DNA of 64,000 nucleotides from an uncultured cyanobacterium. GTDB taxonomy: Bacteria > Cyanobacteriota > Cyanobacteriia > Phormidesmidales > Phormidesmidaceae. Below are positions 1 through 10,284 of the stretch, in pieces (the first letter of the stretch is position 1; each line of letters starts with the position of its first letter). Under the pieces are notes generated by a model, which did no database searches, was not told where the DNA came from, and saw only the letters and a list, made by a program, of their open reading frames with translations. The translations under genes were made by a program, and so were the position numbers. The DNA is taken from the NCBI GenBank assembly GCA_963793265.1, contig CAWBZI010000002.1, positions 32,001 through 96,000 of the forward strand, written 5' to 3'.

Positions 1-3000
1 TTCGAGATCGATATTAAAGGCGCAACAAACGTACTGGGCCGAGACTTCGGTGACGAGACACTAGAACAACAGACTACCGAACCACTACTTACGCAAGGCA
101 TTCAGCCAGTAAGTAAGACGAAGATTGCTAATCTGCCTTCGATAGGATATTTACCTTCTGATAAACCAGAGGGTATTGCACTGCTAGATGACGGTCGAAT
201 TGCTGTCCTCAACGACAACGACTTTGGTTTGGTGGCAGGTGCTGAGGCGGTTCAGCTTGGCATTATTGACTTTGCGCAGAGTAATGGATTGGATGCGAGC
301 GATCGCGATAACGGCATCAACATAGATAACGAACCTGTCTTCGGCCTGTACATGCCTGACTCTATCGCCTCCTTTGAAGCGGATGGTCAGACCTACTACA
401 TCATCGCCAACGAAGGCGACGACCGAGGAGACGCCGACGAGGACGAGCGCGGCGATGCCATTCGCCTTAAGGACTTAGCAGAGGTTACCTCTTTTGGCCG
501 CGCGGGTATAGAACTCGATCCGACCTTCGCCGCTTCGCTACCGGCAGATATTGCAGAAGATGAGAACCTGGGTCGGCTAGTTCTCTCTTCCATCGACGGA
601 GATACAGATGGCGATGGAGACATAGACCGCTTAGTTTCCTACGGCGGACGCTCCTTTTCCGTACTGGACGCAAACGGCAACATCGTCTTCGACAGCGGCG
701 ATCAGATTGCTCGCATCACGGCGGAGGCAACACCCGAGCTATTCAACGCAGATGACGGCCTTCCTGAAGAATTTGACAACCGCTCGGACAACAAAGGCGC
801 TGAGCCTGAAGCGATCGCAACTGGTGTTATCAACGGCAAGCCCTACGGCTTTGTGGGTCTAGAACGCGCAGGCGGCGGCGTTTTGGTTTACGACCTCTCG
901 AATCCGATGGCTCCTGAGTTTGTTCAATACATCCGCAGCGACGAGGACATTGCGCCAGAAGGATTACAGTTCATCCCCGCTGCTGATAGTCCAAACAGCC
1001 AACCACTGCTCGCAGTCGCCAACGAAGTTTCTCAAACGCTCGCCGTCTACGCCATCGACGTACCACCCGTCAGCGTTAGCGAGATTCAAGGCGCTGGGCA
1101 GATTTCACCCCTAGCAGGAGAGCTGGTAACAACAGAAGGCATTGTAACCGGCGTTGCGTTCAACGGCTTTTACCTGCAAGGAGAGGGGGATGGTGACGAT
1201 GCCACGTCTGACGGGATCTTTGTCTTTACCGACGACCAGCCGACCGTGAGTGAGGGTGATCGCGCTCAAGTCTCTGCCATAGTCAGCGAATTTATCCCCG
1301 GCGGCGCAGACACCGGCAATCTCTCAATCACGCAGCTCACCGATCCAGACATCACCGTTCTCTCTTCTGACAATCCGCTACCCAAAGCCGTCGTCATCGG
1401 TCTCGGCGGTCGCATTGCACCTACTGAAATTGTCATCTCAGACGACGAACTGCCAACGAATCTACAAGAAACCGCAGGCAACTTCGATCCAGAACAAGAC
1501 GCCATCGACTTTTACGAAAGCTTAGAAGGCATGCGCGTCACGGTAGAAGATGCCGTCGCCGTCTCGCCCACTCGCGTCTTCAATCGTTTCTCGGCAGAAG
1601 CCTTTACCTTGCCAAACCAGGGCGCAACGGCAACACCAGACGGCGTTCTCACGGATAGAGGCGGCATCAACTTACGCTCCGGCCCAGACAACAGAGGCGA
1701 TCAAAATCCCGAGCGCGTACAAATTCAGTTCGATCCAAATCTGTTACCGGAAGGGTTTGAAACCCCTGCGCTAACGGTAGGCGACCAGCTAGGTGATGTC
1801 ACAGGAGTCCTGGGCTACAGCTTTGGTAACTTCGAAGTAAACGTTACCGAGGCTTTTGACATTACGCCGAGCGGACTCACCCAAGAAGTCACAGACCTGA
1901 TGGGAACAGATAGTGACCTGACGGTGGCGAGCTACAATGTACTGAACCTTAGTCCGCTCGAAGAAGACGACGCGCAGCGACAACTTCTAGCGGAGCAGAT
2001 TGTCAACAACTTAAAGGCTCCCGACATTATCGGCCTGCAAGAGATTCAAGATAATGATGGAACAACAGACGGTGCCGATAGCACGGTGACGGATGCCACA
2101 CAGACTTTGCAGGCTTTAGTGGATGCGATCGCCGCAGCAGGCGGCCCCACCTACGCCTTCGCAGACATCGCCCCAGCCGACGACAGCACAGGCGGCGTCC
2201 CCGGCGGCAACATCCGCAACTCATTCCTCTACAATCCAGAGCAAGTTTCACTAGACTCGCTCGAACTCTTAGAAGACCTAGAAGCCTTCGACGGCAGCCG
2301 CGATCCGCTAGTTGGCACATTCACCTTCAACGATGAAACCGTCACCATCGTCAACAACCACTTTTCTTCTCGCTTTGGCTCCACGCCCGTCTTCGGCGGC
2401 CCGCAGCCCTTTGTACAAGCAGGTGAAGAAGCGAGAGAAGCGCAGGCACAAGCCATTAATGATTATGTCGATGGCATCTTAGGGGACGATCCTCATGCCA
2501 ACGTTGTTGTTTTAGGCGACTTAAACACCTTTGAGTTTACCAACGACCTAGCGGAGATTCTACCGGGAACGGGGGACGAGCAAGTGCTGACGAATTTAGT
2601 AGAGCAGGCGATCGCCGACGACGATGCCTACAGCTTTATCTTCGATGGCAACAGTCAGGTACTAGACCATTTATACATTTCCGATTCTCTGCTACCAGGC
2701 GCACAGTTCGACATCGTACATGTCAACAACGACTTCCCTCGCGACGACAATAGGATTCGCTTTGAAGATACCGTTGTCGCTAGTGACCACGAACCGTTAG
2801 TCGCCCAGCTCTCCTTCGCAGACTTTCCTACCAACATTGGCAAAACGCCTGTCTTTGGAAGCCTTGATGACGACCTACTACTTGGCAGTTCCGGCGATGA
2901 GGTTCTGTTTGGAGAAGCCGGTAACGACACGCTTTTGGGCGAAGCGGGCGATGATTTACTGCTAGGTAAAAGCGGTAATGACTATCTGCGCGGTGGCGGC

Positions 3001-3276
3001 GGTATGGACGTGTTGATTGGTGGAGAAGGCGCGGATGTGTTTGCGTTGGCACAGCCTCTCCAGGGGAGAATCGCGCCTAACGAAGGCATCAGCATCATCT
3101 CCGACTTTGAAGCCGGTATAGACCTCATCGGCTTGGCAGAAGGTCTAAGCTTGGGCGAGCTATATCGAGTTCAAGAAGGTTCTAACACTGTCATTGGTAC
3201 CTATGCAGGCGAATTGCTAGCTGTCGTTACAAACGCTGAAGCCAGTCAGTTTGAAGCAGCCTTTCTTTCGGTATAA
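1..3276 (+). CDS. Secreted multi-domain phosphatase/nuclease, 5'-partial: end of a phytase-like propeller, choice-of-anchor-I/alkaline-phosphatase-like segment, OB-fold plus endonuclease/exonuclease/phosphatase domain, RTX Ca-binding tail
   Basis: Frame 1 is open from base 1 (FEIDIKG...KPEGIALLDDGRIAVLNDNDFGL), so the true start lies upstream of the window. Motifs: ANEGD, DNRSDNKGAEPE, GLER, APEGL; GFYLQ...TSDGIFV (OB-fold); YNVLN, LQEIQD, NHF, LGDLN, LDH, SDHEP (EEP); GxGND repeats. Confidence 0.85.
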   Translation, partial: FEIDIKGATNVLGRDFGDETLEQQTTEPLLTQGIQPVSKTKIANLPSIGYLPSDKPEGIALLDDGRIAVLNDNDFGLVAGAEAVQLGIIDFAQSNGLDASDRDNGINIDNEPVFGLYMPDSIASFEADGQTYYIIANEGDDRGDADEDERGDAIRLKDLAEVTSFGRAGIELDPTFAASLPADIAEDENLGRLVLSSIDGDTDGDGDIDRLVSYGGRSFSVLDANGNIVFDSGDQIARITAEATPELFNADDGLPEEFDNRSDNKGAEPEAIATGVINGKPYGFVGLERAGGGVLVYDLSNPMAPEFVQYIRSDEDIAPEGLQFIPAADSPNSQPLLAVANEVSQTLAVYAIDVPPVSVSEIQGAGQISPLAGELVTTEGIVTGVAFNGFYLQGEGDGDDATSDGIFVFTDDQPTVSEGDRAQVSAIVSEFIPGGADTGNLSITQLTDPDITVLSSDNPLPKAVVIGLGGRIAPTEIVISDDELPTNLQETAGNFDPEQDAIDFYESLEGMRVTVEDAVAVSPTRVFNRFSAEAFTLPNQGATATPDGVLTDRGGINLRSGPDNRGDQNPERVQIQFDPNLLPEGFETPALTVGDQLGDVTGVLGYSFGNFEVNVTEAFDITPSGLTQEVTDLMGTDSDLTVASYNVLNLSPLEEDDAQRQLLAEQIVNNLKAPDIIGLQEIQDNDGTTDGADSTVTDATQTLQALVDAIAAAGGPTYAFADIAPADDSTGGVPGGNIRNSFLYNPEQVSLDSLELLEDLEAFDGSRDPLVGTFTFNDETVTIVNNHFSSRFGSTPVFGGPQPFVQAGEEAREAQAQAINDYVDGILGDDPHANVVVLGDLNTFEFTNDLAEILPGTGDEQVLTNLVEQAIADDDAYSFIFDGNSQVLDHLYISDSLLPGAQFDIVHVNNDFPRDDNRIRFEDTVVASDHEPLVAQLSFADFPTNIGKTPVFGSLDDDLLLGSSGDEVLFGEAGNDTLLGEAGDDLLLGKSGNDYLRGGGGMDVLIGGEGADVFALAQPLQGRIAPNEGISIISDFEAGIDLIGLAEGLSLGELYRVQEGSNTVIGTYAGELLAVVTNAEASQFEAAFLSV

Positions 3277-3348
3277 ATTCAGCCATCTAACTTAGTAACA
3301 GTGATTCAACGCATCCAGACGTTTCTATATCTGTTACAGATTTCCAGA

Positions 3349-3378
3349 TTTAACGCAGTGTTCTCTTTCTCTTAACCA
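3349..3378 (+). promoter_or_regulatory. Possible Pho-box (SphR) half-sites
   Basis: TTTAACGC (3349) and CTTAACCA (3371) are 22 bp (2x11) apart and resemble PyTTAAPyPy(T/A), upstream of a phosphodiesterase gene; the middle unit is degenerate. Confidence 0.3.
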
Positions 3379-3422
3379 TACGCTCATAGTCTTTAGAATA
3401 TCTCTTACCTCTTCCTTATTTT

Positions 3423-6400
3423 ATGAACGAAAACACTCTAGTAGGGTTTGCCTCTCTACCCGCCGATACGTTTGCAGAAGGCCCTCCATCAGGAACAGAC
3501 AATGGCCGCATTGATGCGGTAGAGCGCATCCAGCCAATCAGCGCAAACGGTAGAACCGGCCCTTTTGAAGGTCAGCCTGTTCAAGGGTTTAGCGCGGTTC
3601 AGTTCGCGCCCGGAGACGACCCGAGCGTTTTCTGGTTCCTTTCGGACAATGGTTTTGGTGGAGAAGCTAACAGCACTGACTATCTACTGCGCTTGTATCA
3701 GGTAGATCCTAACTTTGTGGGCACAGAAGACGGCGATGCCTCCGTTGAAGTACAGGGATTTGTACAGCTCTCCGATCCCAGCAACCTCATTCCTTTCGAT
3801 ATTATTAACGAAGGTAGTGCCGAGCGAAATCTAACCGGCGGCGACTTCGATATCGAATCATTTGTAATAGCCGAGAATGGCGATATCTGGGTAGGTGAAG
3901 AGTTCGGCCCCTATCTGTTGCATTTTGATAGCACGGGTACGCTACTCGAAGCGCCAATTGCAACGCCAAATCCGGTGAACTTAAACACGCTGAATGGTCA
4001 AGACCCCCTGGTGATTGCGCATAGGGGCGCAAGTGGTGATTTTCCTGAGCATACGTTGGAAGCTTATCGCGCGGCGATCGCAGCCGGTGCAGACTTCATC
4101 GAACCCGATTTAGTCACGACCAGCGATGGCGTTCTCATCGCTCGCCACGAACCCATGCTAGACGACACCACCAACGTCGCAGAGGTGTTCGGCCCCGAGC
4201 GTATGTCTACCAAACTGCTAGACGGCGAAGAAGTCACCGCCTACTTTGCAGAAGATTTTACGCTAGAAGAGATCAAGCAGCTTCGTGCTGTTCAATCTCG
4301 CGACTTTCGAGATCCTAACTTCGATGGTTTGTTCGAGATTCCTACTTTCCAAGAAGTGATTGAGCTAGTCCAAGAAGTCGAAGCGCAAACAGGCGTACAA
4401 GTTGGCATCTACCCAGAAACAAAACACCCTACCTTTTTCGACCAGCAAGGACTCTCCTTAGAAGACCCATTAATTGAGACGCTACAGGCAACCGGCTTCA
4501 CCGATCCAAACCGGATTTTTATTCAATCTTTTGAATTCCAAAACCTCATCGAGCTACAAGTGCAGCTAGACGCCGAAGGACTAGGCGACTTGCCATTGGT
4601 ACAGCTCTACGGCAACACGACCGACAGCGCCGCGCCAACCAGCGGGTTTTCTGTACCTTACGATATTCGCTTCAACGTTCAGCAGGGCAACGATCTGGCC
4701 GCTATTTATGGTCAGGACTTTTTAGATGCCGCTGAAACTGCGCTAAACGAAGATACGATTTACAGCGATCTCGACAGCGCTGAGCTACTTCAGGTCATTA
4801 GCGCTAAGTATGCAGAAGGCGCAGGCCCCTGGAAGAACAACTTTGTACTGCGCGAGCCACTAGAAACTCCCGTAGACGGCAATGGCGACGGCGAGGCTGA
4901 GATTACGACTCAGCTTACCGGCGAGATTGGCCCCTTTGTAGAGGATGCACATGCGGCGGGCTTGCAAGTACATCCTTATACGCTGCGCGATGAAGAGAGA
5001 TTTCTAACGCTTAACGCAGACGGGACGCCGCAAACGCCGGAGCAAGAGTTTCAGCAGCTCGTTGAAATTGGCGTGGATGGGTTCTTTACAGACTTTGCTC
5101 GTACGGGCGATCCGGTCGTGGATAAGCTAACAAGTGATAACGTGCGATCGCCCAACAACCCCGACTTCGACTTCAACACGCTCAATGGCCAAACGCCCCT
5201 CGTCATTGGCCATCGAGGAGCCAGCGGCGACTTCCCCGAACACACCCTCGAAGCCTATCGCCTCGCCATCTATCAGGGTGCAGACTTTGTTGAACCCGAC
5301 CTGGTATCCACTAGCGACGGCATCCTCATCGCTCGTCACGAACCCATGCTAGACGACACTACCAATATCGCAGAGGTGTTCGGCCCCGAGCGCATGTCTA
5401 CAAAACTGCTCGATGGTGAGGAAGTCACCGCGTACTTTGCAGAAGACTTTACGCTAGCAGAAATTAAACAGCTCCGCGCCGTTCAATCTCGCCCTTACCG
5501 CAATCAAGAATACAACGGTGAGTTCGAGATTCCGACCTTCCAAGAAGTCATCGAGCTGGTTCAAGAAGTCAGCACCGAAGTAGGCCGCGATGTCGGCATT
5601 TATCCAGAAACGAAGCACCCCACCTTCTTCGACAAGCAAGGACTTTCTCTAGAAGAACCGCTGGTTCAAACGCTAGTGGAAACTGGATTTACCGATCCAA
5701 ACCGGATTTTCATTCAGTCCTTTGAAATCTCCAATCTGCTGGACTTGCGCAACAATCTTCTACCGGAGGCAGACCTGGATAGCTTAAAGCTCGTACAGCT
5801 TTTTGGCGACACCGAAGGCAGCTTCATCAACGAAGGTGGCGGCGGTTTCTCTGTTCCTTACGATGTTGTCGTAAATGCCTCTCTCTCTGATACAGAGAAA
5901 GCTGCTATCTATGGAAACCTACTGCCATTTCTCGACTTTGAGAACCCCGGATATAGCAACTTGGCAAACGCCGAAGCCATCGTAGAAATCAGCAGCTACG
6001 CTGACGGCCTCGGCCCCTGGAAGAACAACATTCTACTACGCGAACCCATTGAGACACCCGTAGACGGCAACGGCGACGGCGAAGCAGAAATTACCACCCG
6101 GCTAACAGGCGAGGTCTTCCCACTCATTGACTTTGCGCACAACGCAGGCTTGCAAGTACATCCTTACACCTTGCGCGACGAAGAGAGATTTCTCACGCTC
6201 AACGCAGATGGGACGCCTCAGACCACGGGCGAAGAATTCCGTCAGTTGATTGAACTTGGCGCAGATGGCTTCTTCACCGACTTTCCAGAGACAGGCCGAA
6301 TAGTCGTCGAACAGTTTGAGACCGCAGAAGAATTCGCTAACCTACGCGGCTCTCGCGGCTACGAAGGCATGGCCTTCAGTCCAGATCGCCAAACGCTCTA

Positions 6401-7469
6401 TCCAATGCTTGAAGGCACCGTCTTTGGCGATCCGGCTGGCTCGCTACGCATCTACAAATTCGACGTAGCCAGCAGCGCCTTTGAAGGGATTGTCGGCCTC
6501 TATCAAGCGGACGATCCGAGTCATGCCATTGGAGACTTCACGCCTATTAACGATACCGAGTTCCTCGTTATTGAGCGCGACGGCAGACAAGGTGCAGAAG
6601 CTGAGTTCAAGAAGATCTTTAAGGTAGATCTTTCTGAAGTTGATGCAGACGGCTTTGTGGAGAAAACGGAAGTTGTAGACTTGCTCGATATCGCAGATCC
6701 AAACGATCTTAATAACGACGGTGAGACAACTTTTGACTTCCCTTTTGTAACGATTGAGGATGTTCTTGTCCTAGATAAGGACACCATCCTGGTTGCGAAT
6801 GACAACAACTACCCGTTCTCAATTGGTCGCGACTTTAGCGGCACAGAAATTGATAACAACGAGATTATTCAAATCGAGCTAGCCGAACCGCTTAATCTCG
6901 ATTCTCGCCTGGGTGCAGCAGGTCTTAGCACGACTGATTTTCTGATTGAACCGCCTGGTAACAGCAGTCTCTTTTTGGGAACTAGCGAAGCTGATTTTAT
7001 CATCGGCGCAGAGGGGGACAGTCAGCTCTTTGGCCTAGCGGGTGACGATACGCTAAAAGGCGATCTGGATTCGGAGAGCGGCAACGATCGTCTCTTCGGA
7101 GGTGAAGGCGAAGATCTGTTACTGGGCGGCAGCGGCGATGATGTCTTGTTCGGTGGTGCAGATGACGATGTTCTACTGGGCGATCGCGGCAACGATTTTC
7201 TGCATGGCGGCGCAGGTAGCGATATCTATACAGGTGGCGAAGGCGCAGATATCTTTGCCCTGATGATAGGCGATGGCGTCAGCGTCATTAACGACTTTGA
7301 AGCAGGCATCGATCGAATCGGGCTACAAGATGGCTTAAGATTCGGTCAGCTTTATCGCGTTCAGGATGGTGCGAACACCGCAATCGGAACGTTCGAAGGC
7401 GAACTACTAGCCGTTGCGGTGAATGCAGATGCGAGCCAGTTTGGAGCGTATGCCTTCGTTTCAGTTTAA
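3423..7469 (+). CDS. Phytase-like esterase with two inserted glycerophosphodiester phosphodiesterase (GDPD) domains and an RTX tail
   Basis: Two copies of HRGASG...EHTLEAY...E.DLV...ARHE...YPETKHP...GFFTDF; phytase-like motifs SDNGFG, DIES, EEFGP, RGYEGMA, ANDNNYPF; GGxGDD repeats. Confidence 0.9.
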   Translation: MNENTLVGFASLPADTFAEGPPSGTDNGRIDAVERIQPISANGRTGPFEGQPVQGFSAVQFAPGDDPSVFWFLSDNGFGGEANSTDYLLRLYQVDPNFVGTEDGDASVEVQGFVQLSDPSNLIPFDIINEGSAERNLTGGDFDIESFVIAENGDIWVGEEFGPYLLHFDSTGTLLEAPIATPNPVNLNTLNGQDPLVIAHRGASGDFPEHTLEAYRAAIAAGADFIEPDLVTTSDGVLIARHEPMLDDTTNVAEVFGPERMSTKLLDGEEVTAYFAEDFTLEEIKQLRAVQSRDFRDPNFDGLFEIPTFQEVIELVQEVEAQTGVQVGIYPETKHPTFFDQQGLSLEDPLIETLQATGFTDPNRIFIQSFEFQNLIELQVQLDAEGLGDLPLVQLYGNTTDSAAPTSGFSVPYDIRFNVQQGNDLAAIYGQDFLDAAETALNEDTIYSDLDSAELLQVISAKYAEGAGPWKNNFVLREPLETPVDGNGDGEAEITTQLTGEIGPFVEDAHAAGLQVHPYTLRDEERFLTLNADGTPQTPEQEFQQLVEIGVDGFFTDFARTGDPVVDKLTSDNVRSPNNPDFDFNTLNGQTPLVIGHRGASGDFPEHTLEAYRLAIYQGADFVEPDLVSTSDGILIARHEPMLDDTTNIAEVFGPERMSTKLLDGEEVTAYFAEDFTLAEIKQLRAVQSRPYRNQEYNGEFEIPTFQEVIELVQEVSTEVGRDVGIYPETKHPTFFDKQGLSLEEPLVQTLVETGFTDPNRIFIQSFEISNLLDLRNNLLPEADLDSLKLVQLFGDTEGSFINEGGGGFSVPYDVVVNASLSDTEKAAIYGNLLPFLDFENPGYSNLANAEAIVEISSYADGLGPWKNNILLREPIETPVDGNGDGEAEITTRLTGEVFPLIDFAHNAGLQVHPYTLRDEERFLTLNADGTPQTTGEEFRQLIELGADGFFTDFPETGRIVVEQFETAEEFANLRGSRGYEGMAFSPDRQTLYPMLEGTVFGDPAGSLRIYKFDVASSAFEGIVGLYQADDPSHAIGDFTPINDTEFLVIERDGRQGAEAEFKKIFKVDLSEVDADGFVEKTEVVDLLDIADPNDLNNDGETTFDFPFVTIEDVLVLDKDTILVANDNNYPFSIGRDFSGTEIDNNEIIQIELAEPLNLDSRLGAAGLSTTDFLIEPPGNSSLFLGTSEADFIIGAEGDSQLFGLAGDDTLKGDLDSESGNDRLFGGEGEDLLLGGSGDDVLFGGADDDVLLGDRGNDFLHGGAGSDIYTGGEGADIFALMIGDGVSVINDFEAGIDRIGLQDGLRFGQLYRVQDGANTAIGTFEGELLAVAVNADASQFGAYAFVSV

Positions 7470-7570
7470 ACAAGTAAATCGAGCATGGCTGGTTCAAACA
7501 ATAGTTACACTTCCCCAGACTATTGCGCAACAGTGAGGTAGGCAAAGTCGTCTGACAGGGTTCTCGTATA

Positions 7571-7688
7571 CCGGCATCTGGTGCATACTAGACGATTAGT
7601 TCAAGACTGGCCAGCAGCTCACAAGCAGGAGATAGAAGTGTTCTACCTACCGGCTTACTCGCTCGAATTGAATCCAGCCAAGTACCTC
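7571..7688 (+). mobile_element. IS630-family transposase remnant
   Basis: Translates as HLVHTRRLVQDWPAAHKQEIEVFYLPAYSLELNPAKYL, a degenerate LPxYSPELNPxE motif. Confidence 0.7.
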
Positions 7689-7880
7689 TATCAGCGGGTT
7701 GATAGCCTCACCTGGAAGGAGATGGAAGAATAGACTGGCAAACTTGTTAAACTCAGAGGCTTTCCTTCTGGCCACAAGGTGAAACTGTTTCGGGTCGTGG
7801 CGTCTACCTGCCGCACGGACTATATCATCACCAATGACAAGACTCAGGCGTCAACTGGGGCAACCGCAGAAGCTTGTAGC
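7689..7880 (+). mobile_element. IS701-family transposase remnant
   Basis: YQRVDSLTW...*TGKLVKLRGFPSGHKVKLFRVVASTCRTDYIITND, with an internal stop. Confidence 0.65.
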
Positions 7881-7896
7881 CCTTTATGCGATCGCT

Positions 7897-8378
7897 TTAT
7901 GCGGTTTGAGGTAACGTGACCTTCTCTCTGAGATGCTGCTTCATAGCGTGTGCCGCAGCGGATGAAATCGCGTCCCAATCATCTGCTGAGAGTACGGTCT
8001 AAATGGCTTGTCTCAGGCTAGATTGTGCAGCGGGTGATAGCGGTACGTCCTGACCACTGGAGAGATCATCGTCCAGAACCCACATAAGCTGTTGTTGAAT
8101 TTCAACAGTAGGCTGTTGCAACCTTTCATCTAGTAATGGCTTGCCGATAGCATACGCAGCGGGCAACCCTGCCCCTAAATTGCAGTCCATTAGCATCTCG
8201 TGGAGTCCTTGAAACACGATTTTCTCTTCAATCGCTGGTGTTGAGAGAAACCGGTTGGGTCTGTCAGCATCCGTCCTAAACCACTCCCTAGATCAGGGCC
8301 AGCGCTGATATCACAACCGGCTTCTTCTTCTAACTTTGCCGCCGCTTTCACCCACTCTGGGTCGTTGAGCTGAGTCAT
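7897..8378 (-). pseudogene. Hypothetical protein pseudogene (frameshift near 8220, in-frame stop at 7999-8001)
   Basis: ORFs 8190-8378 and 7999-8217 overlap in different frames; reading through the TAG gives TVLSADDWDAISSAAAHAMKQHLREKVTLPQTA*. Confidence 0.55.
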
Positions 8379-8390
8379 GCTGCCGGTTCC

Positions 8391-8644
8391 ATGAGCAAAC
8401 CCCGTCGTCAGTTCCTGCTGACGCTGTTGGCGACTATCTACGTCGCTTGCGGGAAGGTAAACTTCACAAACCTGAGCCGCTATAGCCCTTTGTCAGAGCG
8501 CACCTATCGCCGTCACTTTGCGAAGCCGTACGGGTTCATTAGCCTGAATGCTGAATTGATTGAGGCAGCCGTGGCTAGCGAGCATTTTTAAGTGGCGGTG
8601 ATAGATGCCTCGTTTGTGCCGAAAAGTGGAAAAGCGACCTACGG
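8391..8644 (+). mobile_element. DDE transposase N-terminal remnant (IS701/IS4-like), truncated by the adjacent IS630 piece
   Basis: GKVNFTNLSRYSPLSERTYRRHF...*VAVIDASFVPKSGKATYG; internal stop at 8589-8591. Confidence 0.65.
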
Positions 8645-9390
8645 GAGTCACGAAATTGTTCGGCAGACGCTGAAAAAAACGGTATGACGAATCGCAAGAT
8701 TGAGTACTGGGTGATCCCCCCTGACTCAGATGCTGAGTTTGTTGCTCAGATGGAAGAAGTGTTAGATACCTACGAGCGGCCATACAACCCGGCGTGCCCA
8801 GTTATCTGTATGGATGAGCAGCCCGTGCAACTGCACAAAGAGACGCGGGTGCCGATTGCAGCCACTGACAAGCATCCCAAGCGCGTGGACTATGAATACG
8901 AAAGAGCCGGTACGGCCAGCATCTTTATGTTCACCGAACCGCTGGCTGGTTGGCGAGAGGCCACCGTGCGTGAACGGCGGACTAAAACCGATTGGGCTAA
9001 TGAAGTGGCTCGCTTGATGGAAGGGCGCTATGCCGAGTGCGAGCAGGTTATCGTGACGTGCGACAATCTCAACACCCATACCAAAGGAGCCTTCTACGAA
9101 GCTTTTGAGCCCGAAAGAGCCCGTCAGCTAGTGCGTCGCATTCAGTTTTGTTATACCCCGAAGCATGGCAGCTGGCTGAATGTTGCCGAGAACGAACTGA
9201 GCGCGATGACTCGGCAGTGTGCCAGCGGCAGGCGTTTTGGCGATATTGAAACGCTGCGTGACGAAATTTCTGCTTGGTCAATTGACATCAACAACACTCA
9301 GAGAGGCGTCGATTGGCAGATGAAAGTTGAGGATGCGAGAAGCAAACTCATTTCCGTTTATCCTAAAATTAAGTGCTGACGCTGCACTAG
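8645..9390 (+). mobile_element. IS630-family element, right part (intact DDE ORF-B at 8684-9379; left end missing)
   Basis: MDE, DNLNTH, YTPKHGSWLNVAE motifs; A7 slippery site GAAAAAAAC just before ORF-B; end TGACGCTGCACTAG is an imperfect inverted repeat of the left end at 15353. Confidence 0.9.
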
Positions 9391-9417
9391 ACCGTTTTTA
9401 CATAGGTAACCAATCAG

Positions 9418-10284
9418 CTAAGCAGGAAATGCTTTTGCTAACTCATTTCCAGGAATGATTGTCGAGGTAAAGACGAACTTTTTATCTCGCAGATAGCGCT
9501 GGTCTTGCTTGATAAGAGACATAAACTGCTTGTGTTCGCGGCTCGATCTGCCAATTAAGCAGCCCGCAGAAGCCTTGCCAACATGGTTTATCGGATTATC
9601 GTAACCGTTGTGTTGGTTAATGCCAAAATAACCGGCGTGCAGCTTGTCTCCGGTGCGGATGCCGTTGCGGTCAAAGTCACGATGTACCGTGACTTCACCG
9701 CCTGTTTGCACCAAGGCTTCATGGCTGCTGCTGTCCCGACCATAAATGCCCACCTGCCAAGCGGCATATTGACCAAATTGGATTCGCGCTGCGCCTCTTG
9801 GGTTCATCGGATTGATGACATAATGCCGACCGGGTTCTGTGCTGCCAAGCCAAGGGCCACCAGCAATTTGGGGTTTCCCTTCAACCACCTCAATCACTAA
9901 GCGGATGTCATTGAAGACATTATCTGTATCAGGGTTGAGGCTACCGTCTATATTCATGCCTTCTACGTACACGATGTTATATTGCCGGTGCCCCTCAAAA
10001 ATTTTGTAACCTTTGCTATCCATGTAGTTGAGGATTCGGCTGGCGAGATCTTTTTGGGGGTATGGCGCGGTAGGTACAGTTGAGACTTTACGGATAGGTT
10101 CAACAGCGGTGGGGGTGTGGGCGATCGCAACCACCATCGGCATGTTGTGTCCTTTCCCTTGGAACCAGTCAAACGGAATATCTAAAGCCTGTTCGCCGTT
10201 ATAATCTCGTAGCTCAACCTTTTTTAGGTATTCTCCACCTTCCATTAAGTAGAGGTTTTTTTCAGTCAGTTTTAACCAAGGCAT
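9418..10284 (-). CDS. Cyanobacterial peptidoglycan-associated protein with an L,D-transpeptidase-like His/Cys motif
   Basis: NIVYVEGMN...STEPGRHY...GINQH...SAGCLIGR; the H-x14-SAGC spacing resembles YkuD-type catalytic motifs. Confidence 0.6.
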   Translation of the reverse strand: MPWLKLTEKNLYLMEGGEYLKKVELRDYNGEQALDIPFDWFQGKGHNMPMVVAIAHTPTAVEPIRKVSTVPTAPYPQKDLASRILNYMDSKGYKIFEGHRQYNIVYVEGMNIDGSLNPDTDNVFNDIRLVIEVVEGKPQIAGGPWLGSTEPGRHYVINPMNPRGAARIQFGQYAAWQVGIYGRDSSSHEALVQTGGEVTVHRDFDRNGIRTGDKLHAGYFGINQHNGYDNPINHVGKASAGCLIGRSSREHKQFMSLIKQDQRYLRDKKFVFTSTIIPGNELAKAFPA

